DNA from: Erysipelotrichaceae bacterium
GTDB taxonomy: Bacteria > Bacillota_I > Bacilli_A > Erysipelotrichales > Coprobacillaceae
DNA length: 22,612 bases
Reading direction: 5' to 3'
NCBI GenBank assembly: GCA_028698185.1
Contig: JAQVDW010000028.1
Location: forward strand, 1-22,612
This document shows, one piece after another, positions 13,281 through 21,632 of this stretch (position 1 is the first letter of the stretch; each line of letters begins with the position of its first letter). Made by a program: the position numbers and the translations under genes. The notes under the pieces are model-generated. The model had not been told where the DNA came from and made no database searches. It saw nothing but the letters and a program-made list of their open reading frames with translations.

Positions 13281-14145
13281 CGCCTAGCACCATATTCAGC
13301 AAAGCCATCCGCACAAAGACCCCATTGGCCATCTGCTTGAAGATCCGGCTTTTGTCGCATTCGACAACTTCATCGCCGATTTCGACGTTGCGGTTGAACG
13401 GCGCCGGATGCATGATGATTGCATTCTCTTTCATTTGGTTTACTCTTTCCATGTTCAGCCCATAAAGGTTGTGATACAGCTGGGTTGAAATATTGAAGTT
13501 TTTCTCGTGACGTTCATATTGGACGCGAAGGAGCATCACGACATCGACCTTGTCGATGATCTTGTCGAACTCGACGAAGTTGTAACCCGGTTCCTCGAAA
13601 ATTTCGGGACCTGACGTGTACACTTCCATCCCGAGTTTTTTCATCACTTCGAAGTTGGTATGGGCCACCCTTGAATGGACCACGTCACCAACGATGACGA
13701 CCTTGAGACCGGCGAACGAACCGAATTCCTCGCGGATTGTCATCAGATCAAGCAGCGACTGGCTGGGATGGTTGCCCGTCCCATCGCCACCGGAAATCAT
13801 CGGCGTCTCAATCTTTCCTTGCAACTCAAGGAAGTATTCCTTTTGGGGATGGCGGATGATCATCGCGTCGACCCCGATGCTCTCAAAAAAGCGGACCGTG
13901 TCATAGAGCGATTCGCCTTTGCGGATAGAAGAGTTCTCCGCTTCGAGATTCTGGGTCTTGCAACCCAGATTCATCGCCGCCTTTTCAAACGAATAGTGGG
14001 TTCTGGTCGAGGGCTCGAAAAAGAGATTGGTCACGACTTTCTTCCCTTGGTAGTCGACCTTCTTGCCTGCCTTGAACTCTTCAGCTAGGTCGATAATTTC
14101 ATTTATCTGTTCAATTGTGAAATCCTGCAGTTTAAAAATATTCAT
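13273..14145 (-). CDS. pyrB: Aspartate carbamoyltransferase catalytic subunit
   Basis: 290 aa. FFEPSTRTHYSFE carbamoyl-phosphate motif, plus HPSQ, LRVQYER and HPAP motifs. ATG 14145 follows an AAGGAG RBS and lies inside the coaD 3' end. Confidence 0.95.
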   Translation of the reverse strand: MNIFKLQDFTIEQINEIIDLAEEFKAGKKVDYQGKKVVTNLFFEPSTRTHYSFEKAAMNLGCKTQNLEAENSSIRKGESLYDTVRFFESIGVDAMIIRHPQKEYFLELQGKIETPMISGGDGTGNHPSQSLLDLMTIREEFGSFAGLKVVIVGDVVHSRVAHTNFEVMKKLGMEVYTSGPEIFEEPGYNFVEFDKIIDKVDVVMLLRVQYERHEKNFNISTQLYHNLYGLNMERVNQMKENAIIMHPAPFNRNVEIGDEVVECDKSRIFKQMANGVFVRMALLNMVLGDE

Positions 14146-14641
14146 CCGCTATCTCCTTTTTCTCGTACTTTTCATATAGGGCCAGTTCCACGCACTCGGG
14201 AACAAGATCCTTGACACTGCGGCCATGGGATACGATTTCCTTGACGGTCGAGCTTGAAATGAAGATGTGGGTTTGGCGGGCCATGAAAAAGACCATCTCG
14301 ATGTCCTTTTCCAGGTACTGGTTCGCAAACGCCATCTGCAGCTCGTACTCGAAATCCATGGTCGCCCGGATTCCCCGGACCAGGACATTGGCATTGACAT
14401 CCTTGGCATATTCTACCGCAAGCTTGCTGGAGTAATCAACCACAACATTGTCAAATTGTTTGGTAGCTTCCTTGATCAAAGCCACCCTCTCATCGATGGT
14501 AAGCAGCCCCTGTTTTTTGAGATTCACGAAAATCGTGACGTAGAGCGTCTCGAAAACCGACGAAGCCCTTTCTATTATATCTAGATGGCCGTTGGTTATC
14601 GGATCGAAGGTCCCGGCATAAACTGCAATATTTTTTTTCAT
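14132..14641 (-). CDS. coaD: Phosphopantetheine adenylyltransferase
   Basis: 169 aa. Nucleotidyltransferase motif YAGTFDPITNGHLDII. Typical rsmD-coaD pairing with a 4-nt ATGA overlap. Confidence 0.94.
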   Translation of the reverse strand: MKKNIAVYAGTFDPITNGHLDIIERASSVFETLYVTIFVNLKKQGLLTIDERVALIKEATKQFDNVVVDYSSKLAVEYAKDVNANVLVRGIRATMDFEYELQMAFANQYLEKDIEMVFFMARQTHIFISSSTVKEIVSHGRSVKDLVPECVELALYEKYEKKEIADEYF

Positions 14642-15192
14642 TGTACAACTCCATATTCTAAAATAGTCAAAGCGGTGATTCCATATTCGTGCCGTTTTTT
14701 TAAATGCAGCGAAGCCGGCACATCGAAGGTAACTTCCTTCAATTCCTCAACCACGATCATGGCCCCGTCTTCAAGCATGTCCTTAGCACACAAAAATTCC
14801 AGGATTCCGTTGATCAGTCCCCTTCCATAGGGAGGGTCTAGAAAAACCAGGTCGAACTTGATTTTTTCCTCGGAAAATTTCTGCAAGGCCTTGAGATAGT
14901 CCATCTTGAAAACCTGGGCATTTTCGATTTTGAGACTGTTGAGATTCTCCCTGACCACCTGGAAGGCGCCGTACTGCTTGTCGACGCTGTAAAGATAGTC
15001 ACACCCCCGCGACAGGGCTTCGATCCCAAGCCCGCCGCTGCCGGCGAAAAGGTCGAGGACCACACCGCCCTGGAAAAAGGGCCCGATTATATTGAACATG
15101 CTTTCCTTGTTTTTGTCGGTCGTCGGCCGGGTCAGGTTCGATTTGACCGTTTTCAACTGCCGCGACCGGTACTTTCCAGCTACAACTCTCAT
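14638..15192 (-). CDS. rsmD: 16S rRNA (guanine966-N2)-methyltransferase RsmD
   Basis: 184 aa. MRVVAGKYRSRQL N-terminus, DLFAGSGGLGIEALSRG SAM motif and the FLDPPY catalytic motif. Confidence 0.9.
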   Translation of the reverse strand: MRVVAGKYRSRQLKTVKSNLTRPTTDKNKESMFNIIGPFFQGGVVLDLFAGSGGLGIEALSRGCDYLYSVDKQYGAFQVVRENLNSLKIENAQVFKMDYLKALQKFSEEKIKFDLVFLDPPYGRGLINGILEFLCAKDMLEDGAMIVVEELKEVTFDVPASLHLKKRHEYGITALTILEYGVVQ

Positions 15193-15548
15193 TATTTACT
15201 CCTGAAATTCAAATTATTATGGATTATTTCCGGGGAAATGTCCTTGAAGATAATCCTTGTCAGCTCATCAAGCAGCTCGTTTAGGGCGTAGTAGTCCCGG
15301 TAATACGCTTGCACGATTCCGTTCTGGCTGACAAGTAGACGGGTGTTTTTAAGTTCCTGTTCGAGGGCGCTTAAATCGACATAATTGCCGTATTTTTTCA
15401 ATTCATTGATCCGAGCTATCTTTCCCTGCAGTTCTTTTAAAAGTGCCTGAACCTCCGGAGATTCAAGCAGGCTGGAACTTGCAGTGAAATTTTGGTATTG
15501 TTCGGTATTCTTGATCAGGTCGATCAATTCATCGATTTTTTGTTCCAC
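15192..15548 (-). CDS. YlbF/YmcA/YheA-like helical protein (Com_YlbF-type family)
   Basis: The track ORF (to 15596) overlaps the SEDS gene by 68 nt. GTG 15548 lies 7 nt after AAGGAG (15556-15561) and gives a 118-aa product. The helical sequence has NTEQYQNF...EVQALLKELQ...KKYGNYVD, resembling YlbF/YmcA. The position upstream of rsmD-coaD matches ylbF in Bacillus. Confidence 0.5.
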   Translation of the reverse strand: MEQKIDELIDLIKNTEQYQNFTASSSLLESPEVQALLKELQGKIARINELKKYGNYVDLSALEQELKNTRLLVSQNGIVQAYYRDYYALNELLDELTRIIFKDISPEIIHNNLNFRSK

Positions 15549-16752
15549 TTGTATGCTCCTTGTTGTATTTGGCGATGATTGCCTGGGCGATCCCAATCGC
15601 CATAAAGGCGCAAATGATTGACGAACCGCCGTAGGAAATGAACAGGAGCGGCACGCCAGTCATCGGTATGAGCCCGGTTATCCCGCCCAGGTTGACAAAA
15701 ACATGCGCGAAAAAATATGTGGCGATGCCAATCAAGATCAGCCGTTCGAAATCCGATCTGACTTTGGCTGAATAGACGAGCATCCTGACGATTATATAGG
15801 TGATCGGGATCAGGATAACAAGCAGCCCCAAAAGCCCGAACTCTTCCATTACGATTGACCCGATGAAGTCATTGTAGGCTTCAGGGATATAGCCGAATTT
15901 CTGGGTCGAATTGTCAAGTCCCAGTCCCGACAAGCCCCCATTGACGATTGCAATCAGGGAATTGACCAGCTGGTAGGCGGAGTTGGTTGGATCCGCAAGG
16001 GGATCAAGCATGACCGTGAACCGTTTGACCTGGTAGCTGCCCAAAACAAACTTGAAGGCAAAAACCCCAAGCAAAGCGAAGCCTGGCAAAGCCATAAGGA
16101 CCATCTTCTTGGTCCTTTTATAGAATCTTCCCGGGGCATACATGAAAACGACAAAGGAGATCAAAGCCAGAATCAAAGAGGATCCCAGATCGTCGTTGAT
16201 CACCGCTCCGGTCAAAAAGGCGATTATTATCATCGCCAGGGGAAAAATCCAGACCCGCTTGAAGCGTTCCTTCTCGAAAAGCTCCTTCTGGGCGTCATTT
16301 TGAAATGGCGGATGGACCAGAAAGCTGTCATGGACCACACTCAAAGAAAATGAAAGACCCAGTATCAGTGAGATTTTCATGAACTCGCCGGGCTGGATGG
16401 TAAAACCGCCGGGCAGCCTGATCCAGGCATAGGCCCCGTTGACCGGGTCGAAGACGCGGCAGATAAGCATCGCCGCCCAATTGATGCCCAGAATCGTGAC
16501 AACGGTCCCCCATGAGATGCTTCGCGCCTTGAATGTCTTGGCGAAGACCGTCATCAAGATCGCTCCAAGCACAATGAAAAGACCCTGTTGCGCCGTCTTC
16601 TTGAAGGCGCTAAGCGGTCCTAGACGCGGCACGGACCCGTTGGCTGCCGACCAGACCATCAAAATCCCGAAGACAGACATGATAAAAATAGCCAGATAGA
16701 TGCCCTGATCCGCTCCCTTGAAGCGGAAAAAGCGTTTGATCACATTTCTCAT
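15529..16752 (-). CDS. SEDS-family peptidoglycan glycosyltransferase (FtsW/RodA/SpoVE)
   Basis: 407 aa and about 10 TM segments. SEDS signature region GYIPEAYNDFIGSIVMEEFG is a variant of PEAHTDFIF. C-terminal GVPLLFISYGGSS motif. I cannot separate FtsW from RodA by eye. Confidence 0.88.
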   Translation of the reverse strand: MRNVIKRFFRFKGADQGIYLAIFIMSVFGILMVWSAANGSVPRLGPLSAFKKTAQQGLFIVLGAILMTVFAKTFKARSISWGTVVTILGINWAAMLICRVFDPVNGAYAWIRLPGGFTIQPGEFMKISLILGLSFSLSVVHDSFLVHPPFQNDAQKELFEKERFKRVWIFPLAMIIIAFLTGAVINDDLGSSLILALISFVVFMYAPGRFYKRTKKMVLMALPGFALLGVFAFKFVLGSYQVKRFTVMLDPLADPTNSAYQLVNSLIAIVNGGLSGLGLDNSTQKFGYIPEAYNDFIGSIVMEEFGLLGLLVILIPITYIIVRMLVYSAKVRSDFERLILIGIATYFFAHVFVNLGGITGLIPMTGVPLLFISYGGSSIICAFMAIGIAQAIIAKYNKEHTSGTKNR

Positions 16753-16754
16753 GG

Positions 16755-17021
16755 CTATTTTTCCATCTTCACAAAGGCCGAGTCCTTGGCCTTCTGGACC
16801 GTCCTGTAAATCGAATAGCCCGAAGCCGCCTCGAATTCCTTGTCATATTGTTTCTGCGCCATTTTGCTGTCGACAATGGCGGTATATTTACGATAGCAAT
16901 CCATCAATTTAGCGCTCTCGATTCCTTGTTCATAAGCCTGTTCTACGGCAACGTAGAAATTGATCACATCGGTCATTTCTTCAACCGACCATGTGTAATC
17001 TATAGGATAATCGTACTCCAT
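16755..17021 (-). CDS. UPF0223 (YktA-like) small protein
   Basis: MEYDYPIDYTWSVEEMTDVINFYVAVEQAYEQGI resembles the UPF0223 N-terminus. ATG 17021 follows AAGAGGT. The track's longer start (17048) would lie inside the predicted -10 element. Confidence 0.6.
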   Translation of the reverse strand: MEYDYPIDYTWSVEEMTDVINFYVAVEQAYEQGIESAKLMDCYRKYTAIVDSKMAQKQYDKEFEAASGYSIYRTVQKAKDSAFVKMEK

Positions 17022-17046
17022 ATTTGTACCTCTTCTCTTTTTTTTC

Positions 17047-17075
17047 ATTATAGTTTATATGGCTAGATAAAGCAA
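17047..17075 (-). promoter_or_regulatory. Sigma-A type promoter TTGCTT-17-TATAAT, heading the UPF0223-to-pcrA gene string
   Basis: On the minus strand, TTGCTT (17075-17070), an exact 17-nt spacer and TATAAT (17052-17047). The predicted TSS is about 19 nt upstream of ATG 17021, leaving room for the RBS. Confidence 0.6.
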
Positions 17076-17114
17076 CTTTTGATTACAAAATAGCCCCGGT
17101 AACGCTTTTGGGGC

Positions 17115-17139
17115 AAAGAAAAAAGTCCGTATCCGGACT
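17115..17139 (-). terminator. Rho-independent terminator after the ABC ATPase gene
   Basis: The minus strand reads AGTCCG-GATA-CGGACT followed by TTTTTCTTT. The stem includes part of the TAG stop codon (17138-17140). Confidence 0.7.
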
Positions 17140-17908
17140 AATCAAAAAACTTTTGCGATTCGCTTGAATTCAAATCGACAATCTTATAGAAATATTCCTT
17201 TTGGCTCAGATTGCCCCGTTCGATTGTCGCTTCGATATTGCCATCCTTGAGATAGATGACCTTGGTCGAGTATGAGGCAATCTGCGAGTCATGGGTAACC
17301 ATCAGGATCGAAACGCCTTGGGTATCGTTGAGTTCCTTGAACAGGGTCAAAAGCTCATGGGAATTCTTGGAATCGAGATTTCCAGTTGGCTCATCGGCCA
17401 CAATGATCTTGGGATTGGTCACAAGCGAACGCGCCACCGCCGTCCGTTGCCGTTGACCGCCCGAACATTCGTTCGGAAATTTTTCAAGCAATGATTCGAT
17501 GCCCAGCGTCTTTGCAATCTGTTCAACCCGGGCCTTGATCTGGTTCTGGTCCATCGAGTTCAACGTAAGAGGAACGGCGATGTTCTCATAGATTGTCAGC
17601 GAGTTGAGCAGGTTGAACTCCTGGAAGATGAAACCGAGATTCTGGTAGCGAAATTTCCCCAGCTCGTTTTCGCCCATTGTCCGCACCGATTCCCCGGCGA
17701 TGAACACCTTCCCTTTGGTCGGCAAGTCGATTGTCGACATGTTGTTGACAAAAGTCGATTTCCCCGAACCGCTGGGACCCATGACACAGACGAAATCTCC
17801 GCTGTCCATGGTAAAGTCGATACCATGAAGCGCCTCGAACTGTTGCCGGGTTCCCACTCCGTATATCTTGACTACATTTTGCGCTTCCAATAATCTTGTA
17901 TTTTCCAT
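17138..17908 (-). CDS. ABC transporter ATP-binding protein (MacB/FtsE/BceA-like clade)
   Basis: 256 aa. Walker A GPSGSGKST, signature CSGGQRQR, Walker B IIVADEPTGNLD and H-loop VTHD. The start shares 1 nt with the permease stop (TAATG). Confidence 0.92.
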   Translation of the reverse strand: MENTRLLEAQNVVKIYGVGTRQQFEALHGIDFTMDSGDFVCVMGPSGSGKSTFVNNMSTIDLPTKGKVFIAGESVRTMGENELGKFRYQNLGFIFQEFNLLNSLTIYENIAVPLTLNSMDQNQIKARVEQIAKTLGIESLLEKFPNECSGGQRQRTAVARSLVTNPKIIVADEPTGNLDSKNSHELLTLFKELNDTQGVSILMVTHDSQIASYSTKVIYLKDGNIEATIERGNLSQKEYFYKIVDLNSSESQKFFD

Positions 17909-19203
17909 TAACGTTCCCTCCCGATGAATGTCTTAACGCGTTTGATATAGATATGCCTGCAGCCAAGGAAGCTGATCAGACCGACTGCCATGAAATAACC
18001 GATGGTGATCGCCGCCATCGCCGGATCAAAACCGATAAGGAGCACGTTCTTGATCGCCATGATGACAAGATATATCAAAGGCATCACCACGATGACTCCA
18101 TAGTAAAGCAGCAACTCGAGGTTGATAATCCTGATGATCTGGGCCTTGGTGTAGCCGATGTGATAGACATTGTCGAAAAAGTGCTTGCGGGTTTCCACCT
18201 CGACCATGACTTTGAACAGGATTGAAGTGAAAAGCAGGGCGATAATCACAAACAGACCGATCAGGATGATGATGAAGGCGCGGCGGTCCTGGTATTGGCC
18301 AAACATCATCGCCCCAACGATGATCAGCGAGAAAATTGTCATGGCGATTACGGCCACCGACCTTTCGATGATCTCGACGAAATTCGACAATGCGATCAAT
18401 GCCACCTTGCGGGTGATCAGGCTTTTCTTCTTTAATTTGGCCACATATTCGGGAATGAAATATCTGATGATTCCAATCGAACCAACACAGCCGATCATCC
18501 CGACCCCGGTGAAATCGTTGACCGTTTTGGCGGTCAGTCCGGCAAAGATGCCGTACAGGTAAAGGGCCACAAAAAACAGTGAAGGTATTTTCAAAGCCCG
18601 TTTGTCGCGCTTGATTGTCTCGCGTCCCTGGCTTAAAAGCGCCAGGATGTCATTACGGAAGACATATCCCATCGACACGATGACCAAAACCAAAACAATC
18701 GTCCCGAAAACAGCAATCAGCGCGCCAAACGCCGAGGGCATCAGGGTGAATATCGTGCTGTCGATGCCAAGGTAATCGTAGATGACCCGGTTAGCGACAA
18801 ATGTCGCCAGAATGCCCAATCCGATTCCGATTGAAATCCCGATCCCCAGCAAGACAAACAGCTGGTACATCAAAAAGCGCGTCGTTTTCATATAGTGGGA
18901 ACCGCTCATTCCCAAGATCGCAAATGCGCTCGATTTTTTGGTCATGAAAAAGTCGCTGGTGAAAAAAACCATGATCGAAACAAAAGTCAAAACCAGAATC
19001 AGCAACAATGTGGTCGGAGGAATCGATATCTGGGAAATCGATGTCCCCGAGCTTGTCTGTTCGTTTGTTTTTAGAAACGGATTTTCCAACAAGTTGAAAA
19101 ACATGAAGCTGATGGCGACCGCCCCGATCAGGGTGGCCAAGAAGAAAAATGATTGGCGATATTCCCTTTTCAATATCGTCATTGATAACTTAAATGTCCC
19201 CAT
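17908..19203 (-). CDS. ABC transporter permease with two FtsX-type domains (about 10 TM) and no large extracellular domain
   Basis: ATG 19203 follows AAGGAG; the track's TTG 19230 is less likely. There are two copies of the FtsX cytoplasmic-loop pattern, KKSSAFAILGMSGSHYMKTTRFLMYQ and RKHFFDNVYHIGYTKAQIIRIINLE. Each is followed by two TM helices, and all extracytoplasmic loops are short. Confidence 0.6.
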   Translation of the reverse strand: MGTFKLSMTILKREYRQSFFFLATLIGAVAISFMFFNLLENPFLKTNEQTSSGTSISQISIPPTTLLLILVLTFVSIMVFFTSDFFMTKKSSAFAILGMSGSHYMKTTRFLMYQLFVLLGIGISIGIGLGILATFVANRVIYDYLGIDSTIFTLMPSAFGALIAVFGTIVLVLVIVSMGYVFRNDILALLSQGRETIKRDKRALKIPSLFFVALYLYGIFAGLTAKTVNDFTGVGMIGCVGSIGIIRYFIPEYVAKLKKKSLITRKVALIALSNFVEIIERSVAVIAMTIFSLIIVGAMMFGQYQDRRAFIIILIGLFVIIALLFTSILFKVMVEVETRKHFFDNVYHIGYTKAQIIRIINLELLLYYGVIVVMPLIYLVIMAIKNVLLIGFDPAMAAITIGYFMAVGLISFLGCRHIYIKRVKTFIGRER

Positions 19204-19216
19204 ATATACTCCTTTT

Positions 19217-19269
19217 TTGATAATTTTCAAGCATTAACACTATACTTTTTGGAATCTTTCTTGTATAAT
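19217..19269 (+). promoter_or_regulatory. Candidate def promoter region
   Basis: TTGATA (19217-19222), an 18-nt spacer and TATACT (19241-19246). An alternative perfect TATAAT at 19264-19269 has no good -35. Both lie upstream of the AGGTGG RBS (19284-19289). Confidence 0.4.
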
Positions 19270-19293
19270 ACTTTTCGAAAGACAGGTGGTTTA

Positions 19294-19860
19294 ATGATAT
19301 TAATGAAAGATATAATTGATGACAATGATGTGCGAATCCGCGAAGTTTCCAAGGAAGTGACACTTCCCTTAAGCGAACAGGACGCCACCATGCTAAAAGA
19401 TATGCATCAATTCCTAGTGAATTCCCAAGATGAACAGATCAGTGAAAAATACCAATTGCGCCCGGCCGTAGGAATCGCGGCGATCCAGTTAGGTGTGCCT
19501 AAGCGGATGTGCGCCATCCATATTCTGGACTGGGATGAAGATGGCAACGTCATCTCCTCAACCGACTACGCCCTAGTCAATCCCAAGGTTGTCGCTTATA
19601 CCCCAAAAAAATCATATCTCAAAGATGGTGAAGGCTGCTTGTCGGTAAACGATCCCCATGAAGGTTACGTGCCACGCCATGCCAAAATCACAGTAGAAGC
19701 TTACGATTTGTTGTCTGACAAAAACATAAAAATAACCGCACGCGGTTTCGAGGCAATCTGCATCCAGCACGAAATGGATCATTTCGATGGAATCCTGTTC
19801 TATGACCGGATCAACAAACAGGCCCCGCTAAAACCGATTGAAAATGCGATAATTTTATAA
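19294..19860 (+). CDS. def: Peptide deformylase (Gram-positive type)
   Basis: Motifs GIAAIQLG, EGCLS and QHEMDH are present. The track start is a TTG at 19249 inside the predicted promoter. ATG 19294, or in-frame ATG 19303, follows AGGTGG. Confidence 0.93.
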   Translation: MILMKDIIDDNDVRIREVSKEVTLPLSEQDATMLKDMHQFLVNSQDEQISEKYQLRPAVGIAAIQLGVPKRMCAIHILDWDEDGNVISSTDYALVNPKVVAYTPKKSYLKDGEGCLSVNDPHEGYVPRHAKITVEAYDLLSDKNIKITARGFEAICIQHEMDHFDGILFYDRINKQAPLKPIENAIIL

Positions 19861-19884
19861 GGATACTGAGGTATCCTTTTTTTT
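19859..19884 (+). terminator. Rho-independent terminator after def
   Basis: AAGGATAC-TGAG-GTATCCTT followed by a T-run through 19884. It starts within the TAA stop. Confidence 0.8.
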
Positions 19885-19938
19885 ACCTTATCCATTGTAA
19901 CCGCTTTTTATTAGTTAGCATCCAAACTTTCAAATTAT

Positions 19939-19964
19939 GAAAAAAGAATCACCGGAGTGATTCT
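19939..19964 (-). terminator. Rho-independent terminator after the Dabb-domain gene
   Basis: The minus strand reads AGAATCAC-TCCG-GTGATTCT followed by TTTTT. The stem begins at the stop codon. Confidence 0.7.
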
Positions 19965-20260
19965 TAGTCGTTGTAATCAAGGGCAATCCGGTCCTTGACA
20001 AATGGCCGCACATAAGTGTCGGCAACCGCCACATGGCTAGGATCGCTCGCATAATTGGCCAAAGCCTCCTTTGATTCCAGGGTTGTCACCAAAGCGAGAT
20101 CCCTAGATGAGCTGTCGATCGGATCGATGACGACTTTGGCGTCGATCAGACCGGCAACTTTCCCCACCAGGCCTTCAAGGTTGCTTTTCAGATTGGCAAT
20201 GACTTCCTGGTCATTAGCATATTCCTCTTTTAGATTCCACATCACGATATGTTTTACCAT
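19964..20260 (-). CDS. Stress-responsive alpha/beta-barrel (Dabb) domain protein
   Basis: ATG 20260 follows AAGGAGA and gives a 98-aa product. MVKHIVMWNLKEE...ALVTTLESKEALANYASDPSHVAV matches the Dabb pattern. The track's 135-aa version begins upstream of the predicted promoter. Confidence 0.7.
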   Translation of the reverse strand: MVKHIVMWNLKEEYANDQEVIANLKSNLEGLVGKVAGLIDAKVVIDPIDSSSRDLALVTTLESKEALANYASDPSHVAVADTYVRPFVKDRIALDYND

Positions 20261-20284
20261 TTCACTTCTCTCCTTTTTTGATAC

Positions 20285-20313
20285 ATTATAACACAAAATG
20301 AAAGTTCCACAAC
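20285..20313 (-). promoter_or_regulatory. Candidate promoter with extended -10 (TGtTATAAT) for the Dabb gene
   Basis: The minus strand reads TGTTATAAT at 20293-20285. The -35 candidate is GTTGTG or TTGTGG at 20307-20313. Confidence 0.5.
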
Positions 20314-20345
20314 ATCGCACCTGTTGAGGGCGACAATTTTTAACG

Positions 20346-20378
20346 ATAAAAATGCGGGAGAAGTCCCGCATTTTTTTA
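20346..20378 (-). terminator. Rho-independent terminator after amtB; symmetric, so potentially bidirectional
   Basis: ATGCGGGA-loop-TCCCGCAT (20352-20371), flanked by an A-run on one side and a T-run on the other. It starts at the amtB TAA. Confidence 0.8.
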
Positions 20379-21617
20379 GTGTTTCAATGTGAATTCAGGA
20401 TATGCCTCTGAACCATGTTCCCCGATATCCAAACCACGGATTTCTTCTTCAGGAGTGACCCGAAGACCAACTGTGTGTTTGATAACGTTGAATGTGATGA
20501 AGCATGTCACCAATACCCAGGCGATTACCGCTCCGGCACCGATTCCCTGCACAATAAGTTGGTCCAGACCACCGCCATAGAACAAGCCACGGATTCCTTC
20601 GACCACTGGAGTGTCGGTTGCGAACAGTCCGACTGCCAGCGTCCCCCATACACCGTTTAACATATGGACACCGATTGCTCCAACCGGGTCATCGATACGG
20701 AATTTTTGGTCGATGATTTCAATTCCGAATGTAACCAGAAATCCAGCGACAAGACCGATGATGATTGCTCCAGGCATGGATACGATATGGCATCCCGCTG
20801 TGATGGCAACCAGACCGGCCAAAGCCCCATTCAATGTCATTGAGATATCAGGCTTTCCGTAGCGGAACCAAGTCAAGAACATTGTCGCCAAAGCAGCCGC
20901 TGCTGCCGCGAGGTTTGTGGTCATGGCGATATGTCCTACATAAGTCGCCGCTTCCAATGATGATCCGGCGTTGAATCCAAACCAGCAGAACCATAAGATG
21001 AATACCCCCAACGCTCCTAAAGGAATGCTGTGGCCCAAAATCGCGTTTGATTTTCCATCAGGTGTGTATTTGCCAATACGGGGACCGATGGTGATCGCTC
21101 CAGCCAAGGCTGCCAGACCACCGACCGCATGCACGGCCATAGATCCCGCGAAATCGATGAATCCCATCTGAGACAGGAATCCGCCACCCCAGATCCAGTG
21201 ACCTGAAATCGGGTAAACCACCAATGAAATGACCACGGTATAGATAAGGTATGACGAGAACTTGGTTCTTTCCGCCATCGCCCCTGATACGATTGTCGCC
21301 GCTGTCGCACAGAACACTGTCTGGAAGAAGATGAATACTTCAGGAGACAATGTGTCCGCATATAATCCCAATGATACCGGGTTGATGAACCCGCTTGAAC
21401 CGAACAGTCCGTTTGAATCGGATCCAAACATCAATCCGAATCCGATAAAATAGAAAATCAGAGAACCGATGGAGAAGTCCATCAGGTTTTTCATCAACAC
21501 GTTGTTTGTGTTCTTAGATCTTGTAAAACCGCTCTCAAGTACGGCAAACCCGGCTTGCATCAGCATTACCATTACAGATGCCAGGAATACCCATACGATG
21601 TTTATCAATTGTTCCAT
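20376..21617 (-). CDS. amtB: Ammonium transporter (Amt family)
   Basis: 413 aa and about 11 TM segments. Amt signature DFAGSMAVHAVGG, with a second pore histidine in GAIGVHMLNGVWG. Confidence 0.95.
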   Translation of the reverse strand: MEQLINIVWVFLASVMVMLMQAGFAVLESGFTRSKNTNNVLMKNLMDFSIGSLIFYFIGFGLMFGSDSNGLFGSSGFINPVSLGLYADTLSPEVFIFFQTVFCATAATIVSGAMAERTKFSSYLIYTVVISLVVYPISGHWIWGGGFLSQMGFIDFAGSMAVHAVGGLAALAGAITIGPRIGKYTPDGKSNAILGHSIPLGALGVFILWFCWFGFNAGSSLEAATYVGHIAMTTNLAAAAAALATMFLTWFRYGKPDISMTLNGALAGLVAITAGCHIVSMPGAIIIGLVAGFLVTFGIEIIDQKFRIDDPVGAIGVHMLNGVWGTLAVGLFATDTPVVEGIRGLFYGGGLDQLIVQGIGAGAVIAWVLVTCFITFNVIKHTVGLRVTPEEEIRGLDIGEHGSEAYPEFTLKH

Positions 21618-21632
21618 AGTCTCTCTCCCCTT

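Noticed and set aside
14146-14700. A PyrR-binding hairpin or attenuator upstream of pyrB.
   Set aside because: There is no untranslated leader, because the pyrB start lies inside coaD. I found no CCAGAGAGG-like core and no terminator-like hairpin with a T-run in this stretch.
19937-19960. A mini-ORF, ATGAAAAAAGAATCACCGGAGTGA (MKKESPE), in the def/Dabb intergenic region.
   Set aside because: It is simply the plus-strand reading of the Dabb-gene terminator hairpin and its A-run. It has no RBS.
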